From NCBI GenBank assembly GCA_937925815.1, contig CALAMQ010000004.1, positions 7,099 through 71,098 on the forward strand: a stretch of DNA of 64,000 bases, in the 5' to 3' direction. A program made the position numbers and the translations under genes. Each line of letters opens with the position of its first letter. Positions within the stretch are counted from its first letter, which is position 1. Positions 40,406 to 49,495 of this stretch are shown here, in pieces. The stretch is from an uncultured Granulosicoccaceae bacterium (GTDB lineage: Bacteria > Pseudomonadota > Gammaproteobacteria > CALCKW01). The notes beneath the pieces were generated by a model. It did not search any database and was not told where the DNA came from. It was given only the letters and a program-made list of their open reading frames with translations.

Positions 40406-41439
40406 GCCGTCGGCGGCCATCATTGACGGCTGTTGTGTTCGCAGCGCTGTGCGCGCTTGCAATGTGGGCCGCACCTTTACCCCCCGCGATCGCCGCCGAC
40501 ATCATCGAACGCCGCACCACCGAGGTGCCGTTTGTGACCTTGCGAAATCTCCGTCCGGATCGAGACCCGCCGGACCGCTTTGGCGGGCAGCGTAGCGACA
40601 GGCGGTTCGGTGTGTGCGTGACCGAGGACACCAACCTGTTCTGGCTACGCGAAGCCAACAGTGCGCTGCCTGTGTCCATCCCCGAGGGTTACACCCAAGT
40701 CACTGGTGTCCAAGCGCTCGAACCCGACCCCTTTTGGCAGCGGGTTGCCAAGCGTGCAAACGGCGAGCGGCCGGTTCTCTACATCCACGGCTACAACGAG
40801 AGCTTTGCCCGCAGTTGCCGGCGGCTCTCGCAGTTGCAATACGCGATCAACTGCCACGAGCGCATGATCCTCTTTAGCTGGCCGTCCGATGGCAACCCCA
40901 CGCGCTACACCCGCGATGAAGCGGACATCGGCTGGAGTGAAGACGGGCTCGCCAAGACGCTGCTCGACATGCAACACCGCTTTGGTGAAGGCGGTTTTGA
41001 TGTGATCGCCCACAGCCTCGGCAGCCGCGCCGTGATGCGCGTCAGTGCCGAGCTCGGCGCCGACGACACGCGCAACAAGCCCGCGATTGGCCAGTTATTG
41101 TTTATCGCAAGCGACGTCGACACGGACGTCTTTCGTCGCGCTCTGCCTGCCATGACGCGCGCGGCCGAGCGCGTGAGTGTGATTGTCAACGACCAAGACT
41201 TGCCGCTCAAGTTGTCACAAGAGCTGCACGGCGCAGCGCGGCTTGGCCAAGCCGGAGACGCGCTGCTGCCCATGCCAGGCGCCAACGTCTTCGACCTCAG
41301 TGCGCTGCCGATGCGAGGTGCATCCGGCCACCTCTACCACCTCAATCACCCAGCCGTGCACCGCTTGATCAAAGCGCTGCTCACAGGCACGCGGGCATCA
41401 CGCGCCGCCGAAGCGCCGATCACATTGCTCGCGCAGTAG
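40402..41439 (+). CDS. secreted alpha/beta-hydrolase (DUF900-like esterase/lipase family)
   Basis: Signal peptide; HGYNESF...SWPSDG...nucleophile elbow AHSLGS; 345 aa; ATGA overlap with the rlmKL stop. Confidence 0.6.
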   Translation: MSRRRPSLTAVVFAALCALAMWAAPLPPAIAADIIERRTTEVPFVTLRNLRPDRDPPDRFGGQRSDRRFGVCVTEDTNLFWLREANSALPVSIPEGYTQVTGVQALEPDPFWQRVAKRANGERPVLYIHGYNESFARSCRRLSQLQYAINCHERMILFSWPSDGNPTRYTRDEADIGWSEDGLAKTLLDMQHRFGEGGFDVIAHSLGSRAVMRVSAELGADDTRNKPAIGQLLFIASDVDTDVFRRALPAMTRAAERVSVIVNDQDLPLKLSQELHGAARLGQAGDALLPMPGANVFDLSALPMRGASGHLYHLNHPAVHRLIKALLTGTRASRAAEAPITLLAQ

Positions 41440-41458
41440 TGCGCACAAAAGCCACCGG

Positions 41459-42652
41459 CTAAGGCGTTGCAACCGGCGCCTGGTAGTCAAAGCGCACGCG
41501 CCAGACAAGAGCGCAGGACGCGGCACAAAACACCACACTGCCCAGCAACAAGGTGTCCCAACTCATCCCAATGTCGAGCAGTCCACCAAACACCACCGGG
41601 CCGACCGCTGAGCTGAACACCATGAACGCGTGATTAAACGCGCGCACCGCGCCGAGGTGCGCTGTGCCATAGAGCTCCACCCAGAGCGCGCTGAGGCTTG
41701 GGCTCATGAAACCCACACAGCTGCCCATCAGCAAGAAGTAGCCGTAGTGGCTACCAGGCAGGTCGAACGCGAGCAGAATCAGTGGGCTCACAACAAGCGG
41801 CAACAGCCCGTAGCGCACAATTTGCCCACCACTGTATCTGTCCACCAATGCACCCGCCCCGAGCGAGACCACAACCACGGCGAGCGAATAAAGTGCGATG
41901 CCCGACGCCCAAAACAAAAAAGGTACGCCCTCGTGGGTGGCGAGACTCTGCTGGTGAAAAAAGAGCGCGGTCACAATACAAGGCTGAGCCAACATCATGG
42001 GCAACAGGCAGTGGTAGCGCCGGTCACGCAGCACTTGCTTGAGTTGCCAACTTGAACCACTGCGCTCACTGGCCGGACAATCGGCCTTTGACCTCTGCGC
42101 GCGGTGCGGCCAGATCAACGCCAAAGCCACCACCAGTAAGGCACACTGTAAACCCGCTGCGAGCGTCCAAGTTGCGCGCCAGCCAACGGCGGCAATCGCG
42201 GCCACCACCAGCGCTGGAAACACCACCTCGCCAAGCGAGTGCCCCATGCCAGTGACACTGAGTGCTCGCCCGCGCACCGCATCGGTATAGCGGCTGACCG
42301 TCGTGACAGCGACGTGACTGGACAAGCCCTGGCCAAACAACCGCAACAGAAAGAAAACCGCGGCGAGTGCCAGCGCGCCGGGCACGGCCGCCGCCGTGAG
42401 GCAGGCCACCACCAGCCCAGCCATCACCAACGCTGTGAAGTGGCGAAGATCCATCGAATCAATCAGCCGCCCAAGCCACACCAGCGTTGCCGCACTTGCG
42501 AGCGTGCCAATGGCGTACAGCAAACCGATGTCGCCGTGACTGAGCGAAAAGGCGTCGCGAAAGTGCTCGTTGAACAGGGAGATGAAATGGGTTTGACCAA
42601 AGCTGCTGGTGAAGCTGAGCAAAAAACCAAAGAACACAATGCGCCAGGGCAC
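41459..42652 (-). CDS. MFS transporter
   Basis: 397 aa with 12 predicted TM helices and MFS motif-A-like GRLIDSMDLRH. Confidence 0.75.
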   Translation of the reverse strand: MPWRIVFFGFLLSFTSSFGQTHFISLFNEHFRDAFSLSHGDIGLLYAIGTLASAATLVWLGRLIDSMDLRHFTALVMAGLVVACLTAAAVPGALALAAVFFLLRLFGQGLSSHVAVTTVSRYTDAVRGRALSVTGMGHSLGEVVFPALVVAAIAAVGWRATWTLAAGLQCALLVVALALIWPHRAQRSKADCPASERSGSSWQLKQVLRDRRYHCLLPMMLAQPCIVTALFFHQQSLATHEGVPFLFWASGIALYSLAVVVVSLGAGALVDRYSGGQIVRYGLLPLVVSPLILLAFDLPGSHYGYFLLMGSCVGFMSPSLSALWVELYGTAHLGAVRAFNHAFMVFSSAVGPVVFGGLLDIGMSWDTLLLGSVVFCAASCALVWRVRFDYQAPVATP

Positions 42653-42827
42653 GGCGGGGTCTCACACGCGGGATGCCTACCATCATAGCGGTCGAATGTC
42701 CCCAGCGTGGAAGCGACGTACACTAGGGCTTGAACTTTCCACGGCTGCGATGGGGCTGCGAAGGCGCACGCGGGTTTCGACCTGATTGACGGCGACCTGC
42801 TCGCACCCACCTGGCTTCACCCGAACC

Positions 42828-43907
42828 ATGACACGCAAGATCATCCACATCGATATGGACGCGTTTTACGCGTCAGTCGAGCAACGCGATAACCCCGCAC
42901 TGCGTGGCAAGCCGGTTGTGGTCGGTGGCCAGCCAGGCAAGCGCGGCGTGGTCGCAGCGGCAAGTTACGAGGCGCGCACCTTCGGGCTGCGCTCGGCAAT
43001 GCCCACTGCCACCGCGGTTCGCCTGTGCCCGGATGCGGTTTTCGTGCGTCCCCGCTTTGACCACTACCGCGCAGTCTCCTCGCAAATTCGTGCAGTCTTT
43101 CAGCACTACACAGACCTGATCGAGCCGCTCTCGCTCGACGAGGCCTACCTTGATGTCACTGAGACCGTGGGCCAAGGCACAGCGAGCGAACTCGCCAAAC
43201 GCATCCGCGAACACATCTTTGAAGACACCTCTCTGACCGCGTCGGCGGGCGTCTCGTACAACAAGTTTCTCGCCAAAGTCGCCTCCGACATCAACAAGCC
43301 CAACGGACAGTGTGTGATCCCACCGGAGCGAGCTGAACGGTTTATCGCGCAACTGCCGGTCGGTAAATTCCACGGTGTTGGCCGCGCAACTGAAGCGAGA
43401 TTGCACGCGCTCGGAATCGAGACTGGTGCCGATCTCGCGCGCTGGGGGGAAGCCGCTCTCGAACGGCAGCTGGGCAAACACGGGCGGTGGTTGCACCGGA
43501 TTGCGCGTGGCGTTGATGAACGACCGGTCGAACCGCACCATGAACGGCGTTCTATCGGCAGCGAAACCACTTTTTTGTCAGACGAGCACAACCGCGAAGC
43601 GATGATCACGAGCCTGCAAGATCAGGCTGAAGAAGTCGCGTCGAGCTTGCAAAAACACAATCTACTCGCCGGCACCCTCGCCATTAAAGTGCGTTACCCG
43701 GACTTCAGCTCAGTGACGCGACAATGCCCTCTCTCACCGCCCACCGACCAACACAAAGCCGTGCTGCCGTTGTTGCCTTTACTGCTTGAACGCACCGAGG
43801 CCATGCAGCTGGGTGTGCGCCTGCTTGGGGTGTCAGTGTCGGCATTGATCGACGCCGACACCGCCCTTCCCGCGCAGCTGCCGCTGCCTTTGAACAACAC
43901 CGCGTAG
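42828..43907 (+). CDS. dinB: DNA polymerase IV
   Basis: Y-family polymerase N-terminus MTRKIIHIDMDAFYASVEQRDNPALRGKPVVVGG and SLDEAYLD catalytic motif. I place the start at MTRKII; the ORF track adds 14 aa. Confidence 0.9.
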   Translation: MTRKIIHIDMDAFYASVEQRDNPALRGKPVVVGGQPGKRGVVAAASYEARTFGLRSAMPTATAVRLCPDAVFVRPRFDHYRAVSSQIRAVFQHYTDLIEPLSLDEAYLDVTETVGQGTASELAKRIREHIFEDTSLTASAGVSYNKFLAKVASDINKPNGQCVIPPERAERFIAQLPVGKFHGVGRATEARLHALGIETGADLARWGEAALERQLGKHGRWLHRIARGVDERPVEPHHERRSIGSETTFLSDEHNREAMITSLQDQAEEVASSLQKHNLLAGTLAIKVRYPDFSSVTRQCPLSPPTDQHKAVLPLLPLLLERTEAMQLGVRLLGVSVSALIDADTALPAQLPLPLNNTA

Positions 43908-43932
43908 CGGGAGTGCGATCAGCTAGCCGCCG

Positions 43933-44631
43933 CTAACGCTCAGACTTGCGGTGCACCGAAAGTGTCTCGCGCATGCTGGTGACAGCATGCTCGGTTTCAA
44001 TGCTGAGGTTGCGCACCGCTGTGGCAATCACTGCGAAGGCCGCACCGTTCTGGCCCAATCTCGCCGCCTCGACGGCAGCGTTGAGCGAGATCATTTTGAT
44101 GCGAGATGAAATGGATTCAACGTTGCTCAGCGTGCGGTTGAGAAACTCCATTGATTCGTTCATCTCTTGCGCCTGCTGGTCGCGGTCATGGCGATAACGC
44201 GCGTAGAATTCTCTCTTAATGCCGTTGAAGCTCTTGGCCAAGGGGCCAGCCACAAGATCCGCCAAACTGCCGAGTTCCACGTGAGAAAGCGTGGACCCTT
44301 CAACCAATCGGTCAATCAACTTGGCGCCGCGCCGTTCGAACTCAATGATCGTCGGGTGCGCCAGTTCGAGATTGTATTCACCGCTAACAGGTGATTCACT
44401 GCCGTCACTAGCGGACATTGCCGCAAGACCGACAGCGATGTCTTGGGTGTTCTTATTGAGTGTTGAGTACGCTTTTTGAATCTTCTCAATCAGAGATTGC
44501 AACTCCGATTCATTCTCACTCCGCGCAGCAACAGCCAGATACATCACCACTTTGTGCGAGAGCATTCGCTGGCTCCCACTGGTGTTCACCAATTCGCCGA
44601 AGTCAACGGCTTTCTCAAGTGCCTTGCCCAT
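43933..44631 (-). CDS. soluble MCP-like mini-protein (PilJ/NarX-type N-terminal sensor helices plus a fragment of an MCP signalling hairpin)
   Basis: 232 aa with no TM segments. The N-terminus (VDFGELVNTSGSQRMLSHKVVMYLAVAA...LQSLIEKIQKAYSTLN) resembles the PilJ/NarX-NIT-type four-helix sensor. The C-terminus (SRIKMISLNAAVEAARLGQNGAAFAVIATAVRNLSIETE) matches the conserved MCP signalling tip. The locus is lower in GC than its flanks. Confidence 0.5.
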   Translation of the reverse strand: MGKALEKAVDFGELVNTSGSQRMLSHKVVMYLAVAARSENESELQSLIEKIQKAYSTLNKNTQDIAVGLAAMSASDGSESPVSGEYNLELAHPTIIEFERRGAKLIDRLVEGSTLSHVELGSLADLVAGPLAKSFNGIKREFYARYRHDRDQQAQEMNESMEFLNRTLSNVESISSRIKMISLNAAVEAARLGQNGAAFAVIATAVRNLSIETEHAVTSMRETLSVHRKSER

Positions 44632-44917
44632 GTGCCTTCCATGTCACATTGCCGCAGCGATGTGCTGCAGCCTGATTTCGGTCAAAGCAGGAACAATTCC
44701 ACTTGTGCACACCCTGTCAAACAGTTCACAGGCACTGTGCAAAACACCCGGGACAAATTGGCATACACCCGTCATTCAATACTACAGCGCACACAAATCA
44801 CACACTGCGACAGAGATCGGCTTGAGCTAGTCAGTTGGGTTCACGCAAAAACAGACTGACATGCGGCAATGCCCTGGCGACGGCATTAACACCTAACAAC
44901 CGCGTGAAATTCGAACC

Positions 44918-46966
44918 TTACTCTGCGCCATCCAGTCGGTACGCGTTGAGCGTGAGCAGCTCGTACGCTGCGGCAATCTCACCTGATTCACCAACCCGTA
45001 TCTCAACATCCCAGCGCACTTCACCGTATTCCGGGTTGCGCGGCTTTTTGGACTTGACGGTCAACCGAACAGAAATGGTGTCACCAAACACCACCGGCTT
45101 CATGAAACGTAAGTTGTCCAATCCAAAGTTTGCAAGGGTTGGCCCCTTCTCAGGTGACACAAACAGGCCTGCGGCAAAAGACAGCAGCAAATAGCCGTGT
45201 GCGACCCGACCTGGAAAAAAGGGATGGTCGGCGACGGCCGCCTCGTCCATGTGCGCGTAGAAGGTGTCGCCTGTGAAACGCGCGAAATGCTCAACGTCCT
45301 CTTTGCTGACTGTGCGCGTGGGCGTGTTGAAGGTGTCGCCAAGCTGCAACTCACCAAACGGTGCTTGAAACGGGTGACGACTCGGTGTGCGCTCGGGTGC
45401 GCCCGGCAACCAACGCCTGCCCACCGCGGCTAGCATGCGCGGACTGCCTTGCAGCGCGCTGCGTTGCATCAAGTGCTTGATCGCGCGCACACCGCCGAGC
45501 TCCTCTCCACCTCCAGCGCGCCCGGGCCCGCCGTGTGTCAAATGCGCGAGCGGCGAACCGTGACCAGTCGATTCGCCAGCGGCGTCCCGGTCCATGACCA
45601 TGAACCTGCCGTGCCACGGCGCCGCACCCAGCGCCACTTCCACTGCCACATCTGGGTCGTGTGTAAACAGTGACCCAACCAAGCTACCGCCGCCGCGGTT
45701 AGCCAGCGACACTGCGTGACCCACATCGCGATAGCCAACAACCGTTGAAACTGGACCAAAGGCCTCGGTGTCGTGAACGCGCTGCGCTGAGTCTGCATCG
45801 CGTGCGACCAACAGCAGCGGCGCGAGATAGGCACCGTTCACGGCGTCAACGCTCGCGTCAAGGCGCTCTGGGTCACCGCACACAAGATCCGCTTCCCCAA
45901 GCAAGGCACCGACGCGCTCGCGCACGTCTTCGCGTTGCGCTTGCCCAGCCAGCGCACCCATGCGCGTTGACTCTTCGCGCGGGTCGCCGATGCGCACTTT
46001 CCCAAGACGCACCGACACCGCTTCGACCACCGCATCAAGGTGCCTGTCTGGCACCAACACGCGACGGATCGCCGTGCATTTTTGTCCGGCTTTGGTGGTC
46101 ATCTCTCGTTGTACTTCACGCACAAAGAGATCAAACTCGGGCGTACCAGGCTTGGCGTCCGGACCGAGTATTGAACAGTTGAGTGAATCTTGTTCAGCAT
46201 TGAGTGCAGCCCCACGCTCAAGCACGGCGGCGTGGTGCCGAAGCCGCCCAGCCGTCGAGGCGGAGCCGGTAAAAGCGATCGTGTCGTGCACACCCAATGG
46301 ATCGAACAAATCACCCACTGGACCTGCAACAAACTGAAACGCGCCCTCGGGCAACAATCCGCTCGACACAATAATGCGTGCGCACGCTTCGGCGAGGTAG
46401 CTGCCAACCGTGGCGGTCTTGGCAATCACGGGCAAGCCCGCCAGCAAGGCTGGCGCGAGTTTTTCAAGCATGCCCCAGATCGGGAAATTGTAGGCGTTGA
46501 CCTGCACCACAACACCGGGTGGCGTGGTGTAGAGGTGCTGACCTAAGAAGCTGCCGTTGCGCGAGAGCTGTTCGACGTCGCCGTCGAGAATATGGTGCTC
46601 ATCGGGAAGCTCGCGCTTGGTCTTTGAGGCCAACACCAACATGGTGCCGGTTCCGCCTTCAATATCGATCCAACTATCAGCGCGGGTGGCGCCGGTGTGG
46701 CAACTGAGCGAGTAAAGTGTTTCTTTTTGCTCGGCAATTGCCAGAGCGAGCTTTTTCACAAGCGTGGCGCGCTGATGAAAGGTCATCGACGCAAGCGCCG
46801 GACCACCACGTGTGCGTGCGAAGTCCGCCGCGTCTGCCAGATTAGGTGCTGGCCCCCGCAATTGCGCCACCACTGAACCATCAATGGCACTTTGCAGAGG
46901 CTGCGCGTCGCCAACACCCTCAACCCACTGGCCGGCTAAATAACTCTGAAGAGTGGATACAGGCAT
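44918..46966 (-). CDS. paaZ: bifunctional oxepin-CoA hydrolase / 3-oxo-5,6-dehydrosuberyl-CoA semialdehyde dehydrogenase
   Basis: N-terminal aldehyde dehydrogenase domain and C-terminal MaoC-like hot-dog domain (FARFTGDTFYAHMDE). I place the start at the ATG at 46964-46966, which has an AAGGGG RBS; the ORF track begins 10 codons upstream at a TTG. Confidence 0.85.
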   Translation of the reverse strand: MPVSTLQSYLAGQWVEGVGDAQPLQSAIDGSVVAQLRGPAPNLADAADFARTRGGPALASMTFHQRATLVKKLALAIAEQKETLYSLSCHTGATRADSWIDIEGGTGTMLVLASKTKRELPDEHHILDGDVEQLSRNGSFLGQHLYTTPPGVVVQVNAYNFPIWGMLEKLAPALLAGLPVIAKTATVGSYLAEACARIIVSSGLLPEGAFQFVAGPVGDLFDPLGVHDTIAFTGSASTAGRLRHHAAVLERGAALNAEQDSLNCSILGPDAKPGTPEFDLFVREVQREMTTKAGQKCTAIRRVLVPDRHLDAVVEAVSVRLGKVRIGDPREESTRMGALAGQAQREDVRERVGALLGEADLVCGDPERLDASVDAVNGAYLAPLLLVARDADSAQRVHDTEAFGPVSTVVGYRDVGHAVSLANRGGGSLVGSLFTHDPDVAVEVALGAAPWHGRFMVMDRDAAGESTGHGSPLAHLTHGGPGRAGGGEELGGVRAIKHLMQRSALQGSPRMLAAVGRRWLPGAPERTPSRHPFQAPFGELQLGDTFNTPTRTVSKEDVEHFARFTGDTFYAHMDEAAVADHPFFPGRVAHGYLLLSFAAGLFVSPEKGPTLANFGLDNLRFMKPVVFGDTISVRLTVKSKKPRNPEYGEVRWDVEIRVGESGEIAAAYELLTLNAYRLDGAE

Positions 46967-46989
46967 CGAAACCCCTTGGCACTGACAGG

Positions 46990-47017
46990 TTGACAATCAC
47001 ACCACGGTGATTATAGT
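46990..47017 (+). promoter_or_regulatory. sigma70-type promoter (TTGACA-16-TATAGT) for paaG-I-J-K, with an inverted-repeat operator AATCAC-N6-GTGATT in the spacer
   Basis: -35 TTGACA at 46990-46995, -10 TATAGT at 47012-47017, perfect inverted repeat at 46995-47012, located in the paaZ/paaG divergent region. Confidence 0.45.
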
Positions 47018-47057
47018 AAGTCAACCGGTCGGTCGGTTAATTAAAGGAGCGCGCTCT

Positions 47058-47843
47058 GTGTCAGCCCCACTCTTGCAACAACGTATCGAGAACGCCGTGT
47101 TGCACGTCGTACTCAACCGACCAGACAAGCTCAACGCCTTCACACCGGAGCTCCACCTCGCGCTGCGAGATGCACTCAATGGCGCAAGCCTGGAACGCGG
47201 CGTGCGCGCGGTACTCTTGACAGGCGCTGGGAGAGGTTTTTGTGCAGGCCAAGATCTGGGCATGCGCGACACCGCTGCTGGTCCACCGGATCTCGGCGAA
47301 TCGCTAGAAGACTATTACAACCCGTTGATTCGCCAATTGCGCGCACTGCCTATGCCAGTGCTGTGTGCGGTCAACGGCGTCGCGGCCGGTGCCGGCGCCA
47401 ACATCGCATTTGCCTGTGACATCGTGCTCGCCGCACGCTCTGCACGCTTCATTCAATCCTTTGCCAAGCTTGGCCTAGTGCCCGACGCCGGTGGCAGCTG
47501 GTCGCTGCCAGCCTTGATCGGTGAATCGCGCGCCAAAGCGCTCTGCTTGACGGGCGACCCACTGTCAGCTGAAGACGCAGAGCGCTGGGGCCTGGTGTAC
47601 CAAGTCAGCGACGACGCCACGCTCATCGCCGACGCAACCGCCCTCGCCGAGCGCCTGGCCGCTGGGCCGACCCGCGGATTGGGGCTGACCAAGTCATTGT
47701 TGCAACAAGCCAGCGATAACACCCTCGATGCGCAGCTCGATGTCGAGCGCGACACCCAGCGCGTGGCGGGCGCAGGTGCGGAGTACGCCGAGGGCGTGGC
47801 CGCGTTCAAGGCGAAACGCACACCGCAATTTAACGGAATCTGA
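47058..47843 (+). CDS. paaG: enoyl-CoA hydratase/isomerase, PaaG-like (1,2-epoxyphenylacetyl-CoA isomerase) or PaaF
   Basis: Crotonase fold (VLLTGAGRGFCAGQDL); 262 aa from the GTG at 47058; first gene of the paa operon. Confidence 0.65.
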   Translation: MSAPLLQQRIENAVLHVVLNRPDKLNAFTPELHLALRDALNGASLERGVRAVLLTGAGRGFCAGQDLGMRDTAAGPPDLGESLEDYYNPLIRQLRALPMPVLCAVNGVAAGAGANIAFACDIVLAARSARFIQSFAKLGLVPDAGGSWSLPALIGESRAKALCLTGDPLSAEDAERWGLVYQVSDDATLIADATALAERLAAGPTRGLGLTKSLLQQASDNTLDAQLDVERDTQRVAGAGAEYAEGVAAFKAKRTPQFNGI

Positions 47844-47848
47844 TCACC

Positions 47849-48280
47849 ATGGACGCGCAACAACTCGCCGAAGCCGCACGAGACGCCATGTGGGCAAATG
47901 ACCACGCCTCGCAGGGCACAGACCAAGAGGTCATCAGCGTTGCACCCGGCACAGCCACGCTGGCCATGACAGTGCGCCAAGACATGCTAAACGGCCACGG
48001 CACCTGCCACGGTGGCTTCGTCTTCACCCTCGCCGACAGCGCGTTCGCTTTTGCCTGCAACGCACGCAATCAAAAGGCTGTTGCGCAACACTGCTCCATC
48101 ACCTACCTCAAGCCCGCCCACAAGGGTGAGCGTCTGACAGCCACTGCCACTGAATGTGCGTTGACGGGTCGCTCGGGACTCTATGATGTCGCCGTGCACA
48201 ACCCCGCCGGCGACCTCATCGCGCAGTTCCGAGGCCACTCTCGCACCGTGCCGGGTCAACACGTGGAGACACCAGAATGA
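47849..48280 (+). CDS. paaI: hydroxyphenylacetyl-CoA thioesterase
   Basis: Hot-dog thioesterase, 143 aa, with the PaaI motif NGHGTCHGGFVFTLADSAFAFACN. Confidence 0.8.
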   Translation: MDAQQLAEAARDAMWANDHASQGTDQEVISVAPGTATLAMTVRQDMLNGHGTCHGGFVFTLADSAFAFACNARNQKAVAQHCSITYLKPAHKGERLTATATECALTGRSGLYDVAVHNPAGDLIAQFRGHSRTVPGQHVETPE

Positions 48281-49482
48281 GTCACCGCGCGTGGATTTGC
48301 GGCTACACCCGCACCCCCATTGGACGCTACGGCGGTGCACTCGCCAGTGTGCGCCCGGATGATCTCGCGGCTCACGCGGTGCGCGCGCTGATGGCACAAA
48401 GTGGAGCGCCCACGGATGCAGTTGACGAGCTGCTGCTCGGTTGCGCCAATCAAGCAGGTGAAGATAACCGCAATGTCGCGCGCATGGCGGCGCTGCTCGC
48501 GGGACTCCCCGTCTCGGTGCCCGGCGCGACAATCAACCGACTGTGCGGTTCGGGCATGGATGCTGTTGGCACCGCTGCGCGCGCAATAAAATGCGGCGAG
48601 GCCAATCTCGTGATCGCAGGCGGCGTGGAGTCGATGAGCCGGGCGCCCTTTGTGATGCCCAAGGCGACAAGCGCTTTCAGCCGCGACAACACCGTATTTG
48701 ATACCACCATTGGCTGGCGCTTTGTGAACCCCCAACTCAAAGCGCAGTTCGGCATTGATTCAATGCCCGAGACCGCCGAGAACGTGGCTGCGCAATTTAA
48801 TATCGGGCGTGCTGACCAAGACGCCTTCGCACTGCGCTCACAAGACAAGGCTGCCACCGCGCAAGTAAATGGCAGGCTCGCGCGCGAGATCACACCGATC
48901 ACCCTTCCTCAGCGGCGCGGCGATGACCTTGTGGTCAACCAAGATGAACACCCGCGCCAAACCACGTTGGAAGTGCTCGCAAAGCTCAAGACGCCATTTA
49001 AGGAAAACGGTTCTGTTACAGCTGGCAACGCGTCAGGGGTAAACGACGGCGCCGCAGCGCTGTTGATCGCGTCGGACGAGGCGGTCCGGCAACACCATCT
49101 CACGCCGATCGCCCGCATTGATGCTATGGCGACTGCCGGCAACGAACCGCGCATTATGGGCGTCGGTCCACTGCCGGCGACGCGCAAGTTGCTCGCACTG
49201 ATGAATTGCAGCGTTGGTGACTTTGACGTGATTGAGTTGAACGAAGCGTTCGCAGCACAGGGACTGGCGGTACTGCGAGAACTCGGCATCGACGACGACG
49301 CAGACCACGTCAACCCCAACGGCGGGGCAATCGCATTGGGTCACCCACTTGGCATGTCCGGCGCGAGATTGGTTGGCACCGCCGCACTGGAGTTGCAAGC
49401 CCGCGGCGCCGAGCGCGCCCTGTGTACCATGTGTATCGGCGTCGGCCAGGGCATTGCCCTCGCGCTCTCGGCCGCTGATTGA
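48277..49482 (+). CDS. paaJ: 3-oxoadipyl-CoA / 3-oxo-5,6-dehydrosuberyl-CoA thiolase
   Basis: Thiolase motifs (NRLCGSGMDAV, NPNGGAIALGHPLGMSGARL, CIGVGQG); 401 aa; ATGA overlap with paaI. Confidence 0.85.
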   Translation: MSHRAWICGYTRTPIGRYGGALASVRPDDLAAHAVRALMAQSGAPTDAVDELLLGCANQAGEDNRNVARMAALLAGLPVSVPGATINRLCGSGMDAVGTAARAIKCGEANLVIAGGVESMSRAPFVMPKATSAFSRDNTVFDTTIGWRFVNPQLKAQFGIDSMPETAENVAAQFNIGRADQDAFALRSQDKAATAQVNGRLAREITPITLPQRRGDDLVVNQDEHPRQTTLEVLAKLKTPFKENGSVTAGNASGVNDGAAALLIASDEAVRQHHLTPIARIDAMATAGNEPRIMGVGPLPATRKLLALMNCSVGDFDVIELNEAFAAQGLAVLRELGIDDDADHVNPNGGAIALGHPLGMSGARLVGTAALELQARGAERALCTMCIGVGQGIALALSAAD

Positions 49483-49495
49483 CGGAGCCCCAGAC

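Noticed and set aside
42653-42827. Looked for a LexA/SOS box upstream of dinB
   Set aside because: No CTGT-N8-ACAG or TTAGTA-type palindrome is present in the 175-bp upstream region. If SOS-regulated, the operator is non-canonical or further upstream.
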